A program made the position numbers and the translations under genes. The notes beneath the pieces were generated by a model, which had not been told where the DNA came from, made no database searches, and saw only the letters and a program-made list of their open reading frames with translations. From NCBI GenBank assembly GCA_045533875.1, contig JAZSIQ010000107.1:14673-78672 (forward strand): DNA of 64,000 nt. Direction: 5' to 3'. Source of the stretch: Acutalibacteraceae bacterium. GTDB lineage: Bacteria > Bacillota > Clostridia > Oscillospirales > Acutalibacteraceae. Below are positions 57,678 through 64,000 of the stretch, piece after piece; the stretch's first letter is position 1, and each line of letters opens with the position of its first letter.

Positions 57678-58108
57678 TATAAACCCAACCTTTCTTTAAC
57701 GGATTTAATTTGCCTGCGTGATACGTAATCCTCATATCCGTTTTTGAAAATTACACGCAGCGTGCCCGTGACGGAGGAGTCGAATCGGGCGATTTTTTTA
57801 ACGTTTGCAATGCAGGATTGATTTATCTTCACAAAATTGCCGCTGAGCTTTTCCTCAACCTGATAAAGGCGCATTTTTATAAGCAGCTTGCCCGAATCGG
57901 TGAGCGCATAAAGCCTGCCGTCCTCTAAGGTGAAGCAATGAATATCGGCAGGATTGAGCCTGAATTGAGAATCTTCCTCATATCCCGTAAAGCCGAGGAC
58001 ACTGTCCTCAATAAGGCGTTCAATTTCCTCTATAAGCGGAGTTTTTTCGTGAGCATAAATCAGAATTTTTTCCTCCTGCTGTTTGTCTATCAGAATTCTG
58101 AGTTTCAT
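57677..58108 (-). CDS. LytTR DNA-binding-domain-only regulator
   Basis: RLYQVEEKL, FVKINQSCIAN, VSRRQIKSVKERLGL; no receiver domain. Confidence 0.9.
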   Translation of the reverse strand: MKLRILIDKQQEEKILIYAHEKTPLIEEIERLIEDSVLGFTGYEEDSQFRLNPADIHCFTLEDGRLYALTDSGKLLIKMRLYQVEEKLSGNFVKINQSCIANVKKIARFDSSVTGTLRVIFKNGYEDYVSRRQIKSVKERLGL

Positions 58109-58129
58109 GAAAGTCCTCCTTTCATCTGT

Positions 58130-58200
58130 ATTCTAATCTTGCCGCAGAAAAAATTCAATAAAAATGGGCCGTTCGGTAATTTTTTAAAAGTATTCGGTAA
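58130..58200 (-). promoter_or_regulatory. LytTR-type direct-repeat promoter
   Basis: TTACCGAA(T/C) x2, 9 bp with a 12-bp spacer (58200-58192, 58179-58171); TAGAAT -10 at 58135-58130. Confidence 0.75.
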
Positions 58201-58266
58201 AACGTGTAACCTTTTTGTGCCGTGAATTGTTATAATAGTGAAAGGACCTTTCAGACAGGCGGTGAA

Positions 58267-58752
58267 TCGATGACAAATGAAGAATTTCGCATTGCGGTAA
58301 GCAGGAACAGCCACAGGCTTTTTCTTATTGCTTTTTCTTTTACAAAAAGTACATACGATGCTGAGGATATAGTGCAGAATGTGTTCCTTAAGCTTTGGAA
58401 ATATGATAAAGAATTTTCTGACAGAGAACATATTGACAAATGGCTTACCGCAGTATGTGTAAACGAAAGTAAGAACTGTATAAAATCGGTTTTCAGGAGC
58501 TTTCAGAATATCGAGAATTGTCAGCTTACTTCGCCTGATTGCTTCGGCGATTCCTCGCAGCAGGAACTGTTTGATGCCGTTATGTCATTGCCGAAAAAGT
58601 ACAGAACGGTGGTTCATCTTTTTTATTATGAGGATTTGCCGATAAAAGAAATTGCAGAATTGCTTGGTATCAATGAGTCGGCGGCAAAAACAAGACTCAG
58701 CCGTGCACGGGCAAAAATAAAAGAAAGATTGGGGGAAAGGATAGATGAATAA
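58267..58752 (+). CDS. ECF sigma factor
   Basis: DAEDIVQNVF, WLTAVCVN, LPKKYRTVVHLFYYE, KTRLSRAR. Confidence 0.92.
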   Translation, partial: SMTNEEFRIAVSRNSHRLFLIAFSFTKSTYDAEDIVQNVFLKLWKYDKEFSDREHIDKWLTAVCVNESKNCIKSVFRSFQNIENCQLTSPDCFGDSSQQELFDAVMSLPKKYRTVVHLFYYEDLPIKEIAELLGINESAAKTRLSRARAKIKERLGERIDE

Positions 58753-59266
58753 AGAGGAATACAGGCAGGCATTTTCAAATATCCGACCTTCCGACGGATT
58801 TGAAGAAAGGATAACGGATATGACAGAAAAAAGAAAAAATATAAAAGCAAGCAGGGTTATTGCCGTTGTGTTGGCGGTTATTGCCGTGTTAAGCTGCGTG
58901 GCTGTTGCGGCGAATGCGGCAACAGACGGGGCGATTGGTGAGTCGGTTTCAAATGCTGTCAGCGAGACATTTGAAGCGTTTTCCAAAAGAATAGCCGTGT
59001 TTGTAAACGGTAAAAAGGTAGATGCTCAAATCAACGTAACAGAAGAGGTTGACGAAGAGGGTAACGTTTACTATATAGGCGAAGCGGGCGTGGATTTACC
59101 CGGTGGTGAAAAAGAGGTAAAGGTAAGCTTCGGCTTCGACGATTCCGAGGGAGATTATGCTTTCACATCGGACGGTGTAAATGAGATTGTGATTGTAGCT
59201 TCCGATGAAGAGATTGATGAAGACGCCGCCATTCCCACAACCGTAACAACCGTTATTTCACAGTAA
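58745..59266 (+). CDS. Putative membrane anti-sigma factor
   Basis: Overlaps the ECF stop; short N-terminal helix EEYRQAF, one TM, acidic extracellular domain. Confidence 0.7.
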   Translation: MNKEEYRQAFSNIRPSDGFEERITDMTEKRKNIKASRVIAVVLAVIAVLSCVAVAANAATDGAIGESVSNAVSETFEAFSKRIAVFVNGKKVDAQINVTEEVDEEGNVYYIGEAGVDLPGGEKEVKVSFGFDDSEGDYAFTSDGVNEIVIVASDEEIDEDAAIPTTVTTVISQ

Positions 59267-59460
59267 AAGGTGCGTATAAGGGGCGAAAATTCGTTATCAT
59301 ATTTCACAAAAAAGAGCGGAAATATTTGTGGTTTTCGCCCAAACTGACGTTTTTGAAAAAACTCCCGAAAAAACCTTGAAAGCGCAGGAAAAAGGGATAT
59401 AATTAGAGTTCGGATTTCCCGTTCCGGGAAGTTCGGATTCTTTTTTATTGGAGTAATTTT

Positions 59461-61095
59461 ATGAATATATTTCAGCCAAAGGTGTTTTCAACCTTAAGGA
59501 GTTACAGTAAAAAGCAGTTTGTAAATGACCTTGTAGCAGGAGTTATAGTTGCAATAATTGCTCTGCCTCTTTCGATTGCGCTTGCAATAGCTTCGGGTGT
59601 TTCGCCTGAAAAGGGCATTTACACCGCCATAATCGCAGGCTTTGTTATAGCATTTCTCGGCGGCAGCAATGTAAATATTTCAGGTCCCACGGCGGCTTTT
59701 GCAACCATAGTTGCAGGTATTGTAGCTCAGTTCGGCACAAGCGGACTCGTTGTTGCCACAATTATGGCAGGTATTATTCTTATAATTATGGGTGTGTGCC
59801 GCTTTGGCTCGCTCATAAAGTACATACCGCATACCATTACTACGGGATTTACTTCGGGTATTGCGCTCACAATTGTTATAGGTCAGGTCAAGGATTTTCT
59901 CGGTCTTACCTTCCCCGAGGGTATGCCCGCGGTTGAAACTGCGGAAAAGGCTGAGGCTATTGTAAAATCCATAGGCACTTTTAACTGGCAGGCTTTGCTT
60001 GTAGGCGCTGCGGCGCTGGCAATCCTCATTGTGTGGCCCAAAATCAGCAAGAAAATCCCCGGCTCGCTTGTTGCGGTTATTTTGGGAGTGGTTGCGGTCA
60101 AGGTGTTTGATTTGCAGGTGAATACGGTAGGTGACCTTTACTCTGTTTCACGCTCGCTTCCTTCATTTGAACTTCCTTCTTTCAGCCTTGACACTGTGAA
60201 GGAGCTTCTCCCCAGCGCCTGCACGATAGCTATTCTCGCAGGCATTGAATCTCTGCTTTCCTGCGTTGTTTCTGACGGCATGATAAACGATAAGCACAAT
60301 TCCAACACGGAGCTTATTGCGCAGGGCCTCGGCAATATATGCTCGGGTCTGTTCGGCGGAATTCCTGCCACGGGCGCTATTGCAAGAACTGCGGCAAACG
60401 TTAAAAACGGCGGACGTACTCCCGTTGCAGGGGTGGTTCATGCGGCGGTGCTTCTGCTTGTGCTCATGGTGCTTATGCCCTATGCGGCGTGGATCCCCAT
60501 GCCCGTTATTGCGGTGATTCTCTTTATGGTTGCTTATAATATGTGCGAGTGGAGGCAGTTTGTTAAAATCTGCAAAACAGCACCAAAGAGCGATATGATT
60601 GTTCTTGTTATCACCTTTGTTCTTACCGTTGTGTTTGACCTTGTGGTTGCAATAGCCGTTGGTATGATTATTGCCGTTGTTCTCTTTATGAAGAGAATGG
60701 CGGACGTTGCAAACGTAAGAATCTGGACTCAGAACACTGAGAATGCGCCTGACAGCGAACGCCTTAAAACCGTGCCCGAAAATACCGTTGTTGTGGAGTT
60801 TGACGGGCCTATGTTCTTTGCATCGAGCGAAAAATTCAATTCGATTCCCGTTGATGAGGGAATAAAAAATGTTATTCTGCGTATGCGCAATGTACCCTCA
60901 CTTGATTCAACGGCGATGCGTGCTCTTTATGAAATTTATTCAACCTGTAAGAAGTCGGGACTGAATCTCATCCTTTCCCATACCAACGAGCAGCCTCTTT
61001 CGGTAATGAAAAAGGCAGGATTTTACGATGAACTCGGCAAAGAAAACTTCCTTCCCAATATTGACGATGCTCTCTCTTATGCACAAACACTTTGA
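59461..61095 (+). CDS. SulP family anion transporter with STAS domain
   Basis: DLVAGVIVAIIALPL, ISGPTAAF, IESLLS, GAIART, C-terminal STAS. Confidence 0.93.
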   Translation: MNIFQPKVFSTLRSYSKKQFVNDLVAGVIVAIIALPLSIALAIASGVSPEKGIYTAIIAGFVIAFLGGSNVNISGPTAAFATIVAGIVAQFGTSGLVVATIMAGIILIIMGVCRFGSLIKYIPHTITTGFTSGIALTIVIGQVKDFLGLTFPEGMPAVETAEKAEAIVKSIGTFNWQALLVGAAALAILIVWPKISKKIPGSLVAVILGVVAVKVFDLQVNTVGDLYSVSRSLPSFELPSFSLDTVKELLPSACTIAILAGIESLLSCVVSDGMINDKHNSNTELIAQGLGNICSGLFGGIPATGAIARTAANVKNGGRTPVAGVVHAAVLLLVLMVLMPYAAWIPMPVIAVILFMVAYNMCEWRQFVKICKTAPKSDMIVLVITFVLTVVFDLVVAIAVGMIIAVVLFMKRMADVANVRIWTQNTENAPDSERLKTVPENTVVVEFDGPMFFASSEKFNSIPVDEGIKNVILRMRNVPSLDSTAMRALYEIYSTCKKSGLNLILSHTNEQPLSVMKKAGFYDELGKENFLPNIDDALSYAQTL

Positions 61096-61244
61096 TTTTT
61101 AAAATCCGCACATAAATCCGTGCGTTTTTATTCGTCATCAATTTACAAAAAATTCATAAAATATTTTATCACAAAAAAGAGATTTAAGGTGTTTTATATT
61201 ATGTAATGTTAAAAATAATATTACTTAAAAAAGGAGGCGGTGGA

Positions 61245-61751
61245 TTGCGTAGCGTTACGGCCTTTTACAATGAAGAAAAACGGTATGTTGAATATGCTGT
61301 TCAAAAATACAGTAAAATGCTTTTCAGGATTTGTTTCAGCATCCTGTGCAACCGTGAGGATGCAGAGGACGCCTTGCAGGAAACTTTTTTGAAATACATG
61401 ACCAAAGCACCGCTTTTCCGTGACAGTGACCACGAAAAAGCCTGGCTCATAAAAGTAGCAACCAACACAAGCAAAAATATGTGCCGCTACAACACAAGAA
61501 GAGAATGTACGGATATTTCCGAGCTTAAGGAAATAGGCGTTGAGGATGCGGATATTTCATCTTTGAATGTTGTTTTAAAGCTTGATGTAAAATACAGGAT
61601 TGTGCTGGATTTATTTTACATCGAAGGTTACAAATCGCGCGAAATAGCTCAGATACTGGATATATCCCCTGCCGCCGTGCGAAAGCGTCTTCAGTACGCA
61701 AGGCAGGAGCTGAAAAAAGAAATTGAAAGGACGGATTCAATTGACAAATAG
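61245..61751 (+). CDS. ECF sigma factor (second)
   Basis: DAEDALQETF, KAWLIKVATN, YRIVLDLFYIEG, VRKRLQYAR; TTG start after GGAGG. Confidence 0.88.
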   Translation: MRSVTAFYNEEKRYVEYAVQKYSKMLFRICFSILCNREDAEDALQETFLKYMTKAPLFRDSDHEKAWLIKVATNTSKNMCRYNTRRECTDISELKEIGVEDADISSLNVVLKLDVKYRIVLDLFYIEGYKSREIAQILDISPAAVRKRLQYARQELKKEIERTDSIDK

Positions 61752-61932
61752 AAACAGCATTAATGAATATCGCCGTGTTATGAATTCGATATATTTGCAT
61801 GAACAGTCCAAAAAAGAAATAGTCGAATTCTGTGCAAAAAAAAGCACATCCGGTCATATACGTCCTTTGAAATTTATTATATCTGTCAAGCACAAAAGTA
61901 AATCAACCGAGGAAGCAATCTGTACGGAATAG
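61741..61932 (+). CDS. Short putative anti-sigma N-terminal-like protein (63 aa)
   Basis: TTG after GAAAGGA, overlaps the ECF stop; INEYRRVMNSI resembles EEYRQAFSNI of 58745. Confidence 0.45.
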   Translation: MTNRNSINEYRRVMNSIYLHEQSKKEIVEFCAKKSTSGHIRPLKFIISVKHKSKSTEEAICTE

Positions 61933-62030
61933 TAATTGAGTGTAATGAAAATCAGCCTGCAAATGAGGGTATGCGCTGTGCGTGTGCCCTTGCAGTTTGT
62001 ACAGCAAAAATTTAAGGAGAAGGAACAAAA

Positions 62031-62648
62031 ATGAAAAAGAAACCCGAGGAAAGGGAGTTGGGTTATAAAATCATAACCGCTCTCATGCGCCCTGTTTTCA
62101 GGCTGTATTACAGACCTGAAATCATAGGTGCCGAAAAAATCCCCACAGACGGTGCCGTAGTTATTGCGGGGAATCACAAGCATATCCTTGACCAGTGTAT
62201 CACCATTGCGGCAACAAAAAGGGTGATTCACTATATGGCGAAAAAAGAGTATTTTGACGGTAAGTTTGCATGGTTTTTCAAGGCAGCGGGCTGCATAAGC
62301 GTTGACAGAGGCAACAACGATACCTCATGCATAAGGTCTGCAATGAAAGTTCTCAAAAAAGACGGTGCGATAGGAATTTTTCCCGAGGGCACAAGGAACA
62401 AAACAGATGCATTTCTGCTTGATTTTAAGCCCGGCGCTGTAGCTCTTGCCAAAAAAGCGGGTGCGTATATTGTGCCGTTCGGTCTGACGGGCGATTACAA
62501 ATTCAGAACAAAGAACCTCACCATAAGATACGGCGAGCCTTTCAAGGCAGATAATATGACGGTATCTGAAGCCAATCAGAGGCTTTTTGAAGATGTTGAA
62601 AAGCTTATGAAAACAAGCATTGAAGAAGAGAAAAGGAAAGAAGCTTAA
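62031..62648 (+). CDS. plsC: 1-acyl-sn-glycerol-3-phosphate acyltransferase
   Basis: GNHKHILD, IFPEGTRN. Confidence 0.9.
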   Translation: MKKKPEERELGYKIITALMRPVFRLYYRPEIIGAEKIPTDGAVVIAGNHKHILDQCITIAATKRVIHYMAKKEYFDGKFAWFFKAAGCISVDRGNNDTSCIRSAMKVLKKDGAIGIFPEGTRNKTDAFLLDFKPGAVALAKKAGAYIVPFGLTGDYKFRTKNLTIRYGEPFKADNMTVSEANQRLFEDVEKLMKTSIEEEKRKEA

Positions 62649-62663
62649 ACAGAGGGAGTAAAG

Positions 62664-64000
62664 ATGAGAATAGGACTTGATGTGGGTTCAACAACGCTTA
62701 AATGCGTTGCCGTGGACGACGAAAACAATATAGTTTATAAAGAGTATGAAAGGCATTTTTCTCACATTGCGCAGAAAAGCGCACAGATGCTTAACGATAT
62801 AATCAGCAAACATCCGCAGTTTAAAAACAGCGCTCTGAGCGTTTCGGGCTCGGCAGGTATGGGCTTTGCAAATACCCTCGGTCTCGATTTCGTTCAGGAG
62901 GTTTATGCAACAAGAGTCAGCGTTTCACGCCTTTTGCCCGGTACGGATGCCGTAATTGAGCTTGGCGGAGAGGATGCAAAAATCCTGTTTTTCACAAACG
63001 GGGTTGAGGTACGCATGAACGGCTCGTGCGCAGGCGGTACGGGTGCATTTATAGACCAGATGGCTTCTCTTCTCAAGGTAACTCCTACCGAGATGAACGA
63101 GCTTGCCAAGCAGAAGGAAAAGATTTATTCAATCGCATCAAGATGCGGCGTTTTTGCAAAATCGGATATCCAGCCGCTGCTTAATCAGGGCGCGCAAAAG
63201 CCTGATGTGTCCGCAAGTATTTTTGCGGCTGTTGTAAATCAGACTGTTGCGGGTCTTGCTCAGGGCAGAAGAATAGAGGGTAACGTTGTTTATCTCGGCG
63301 GTCCTCTGCACTTCCTTTCTGAATTGAGGGAAGCTTTTGACGAGCAGCTCGGAGTCAAGGGTGTCTGCCCCGAAAATGCTCTCTATTTTGTTGCACTCGG
63401 AGCGGCTTATTCAGGAAGCGGCGAAGTGATTGATATTGAAAAGGTAACAGAAAAAATCGCATCCCTTAAAGAAAACGGCGAATACCTCAGCGCAAAGCCG
63501 CTGTTTTCCGGTGAGGATGAGTACAATGCCTTTTTACAGCGCCACAGCAAGAGCAAGGTGAAATTAAAAGAGAATGTGGCTGAAAACGAAAAGGTTTACA
63601 TAGGTATTGATGCAGGCTCAACTACCGTAAAGGCTGCGGCGGTTGACAGTAACGGCGCTCTTATTTTCAGCAGATATTTACCCAACAGCGGCGATGCCGT
63701 GGAGCTTGTAAAGCAGTTCCTTGTTGATTTCTATAAAAAGTATCCTCAGGCTGTGGTTGCTTCAAGTGCTGTTACGGGCTACGGTGAGGAGATTATCAAA
63801 AACGCATTCAATGTGGATTTCGGTATTGTTGAAACCGTTGCCCATTATACTGCCGCAAAGGTATTCAAGCCTGATGTTGATTTTATTATTGATATCGGCG
63901 GTCAGGACATAAAGTGCTTTAAAATCCGCAATTCGGTTATTGATAACATTTTCCTTAACGAAGCGTGTTCTTCAGGCTGCGGCTCGTTCTTGCAGACATT
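62664..64000 (+). CDS. CoA-substrate-specific enzyme activase (2-hydroxyacyl-CoA dehydratase activator, tandem ATPase domains), 3'-truncated; absent from ORF track
   Basis: MRIGLDVGSTT, ELGGEDAK, MNGSCAGGTG, IASRCGVFA, second GIDAGSTT, DIGGQD, NEACSSGCGSF. Confidence 0.92.
   Translation, partial: MRIGLDVGSTTLKCVAVDDENNIVYKEYERHFSHIAQKSAQMLNDIISKHPQFKNSALSVSGSAGMGFANTLGLDFVQEVYATRVSVSRLLPGTDAVIELGGEDAKILFFTNGVEVRMNGSCAGGTGAFIDQMASLLKVTPTEMNELAKQKEKIYSIASRCGVFAKSDIQPLLNQGAQKPDVSASIFAAVVNQTVAGLAQGRRIEGNVVYLGGPLHFLSELREAFDEQLGVKGVCPENALYFVALGAAYSGSGEVIDIEKVTEKIASLKENGEYLSAKPLFSGEDEYNAFLQRHSKSKVKLKENVAENEKVYIGIDAGSTTVKAAAVDSNGALIFSRYLPNSGDAVELVKQFLVDFYKKYPQAVVASSAVTGYGEEIIKNAFNVDFGIVETVAHYTAAKVFKPDVDFIIDIGGQDIKCFKIRNSVIDNIFLNEACSSGCGSFLQT

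Overview
Chromosomal segment of a low-to-mid-GC spore-forming Clostridia bacterium, probably Oscillospirales (Ruminococcaceae/Acutalibacteraceae-like; this is inferred from gene content and RBS/codon style). It is mostly housekeeping: argCJBD and argGH with ARG boxes, ychF, tcdA, recG, T-box-thrS, rny-ymdB-ttcA-dcd-apgM-metY, ferredoxin, gltA...queG-darA-holB-ricT, spoIID, preQ1-queT, LexA-box-dinB, sigH, trpS, alr, aldolase-iolC and tRNA-Arg(CCG). The 3' part is accessory: an amidohydrolase, a beta-helix glycanase, a LytTR/DUF3021 pair, two ECF sigma loci, SulP, plsC and a CoA-activase running off the end. I found no CRISPR array, intact transposase or integrase, or rRNA. The most unusual signals are non-coding or too small for the ORF track: (1) a regular GTGAAAT/hairpin...ATTTCAC/hairpin ladder right after tRNA-Arg, followed by integrase-arm-like repeats; (2) a 54-aa, 85% Asn/Gln micro-ORF with a perfect RBS; (3) a shrunken tRNA-like fold between sigH and a zinc-ribbon gene; (4) a candidate sRNA with twin CCGCA loops and an anti-SD tract between argH and alr; (5) a preQ1-I riboswitch with an inserted hairpin. 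All calls come from motif reading by eye; no searches or folding programs were run. Several start codons were moved from the ORF track to RBS-supported positions.
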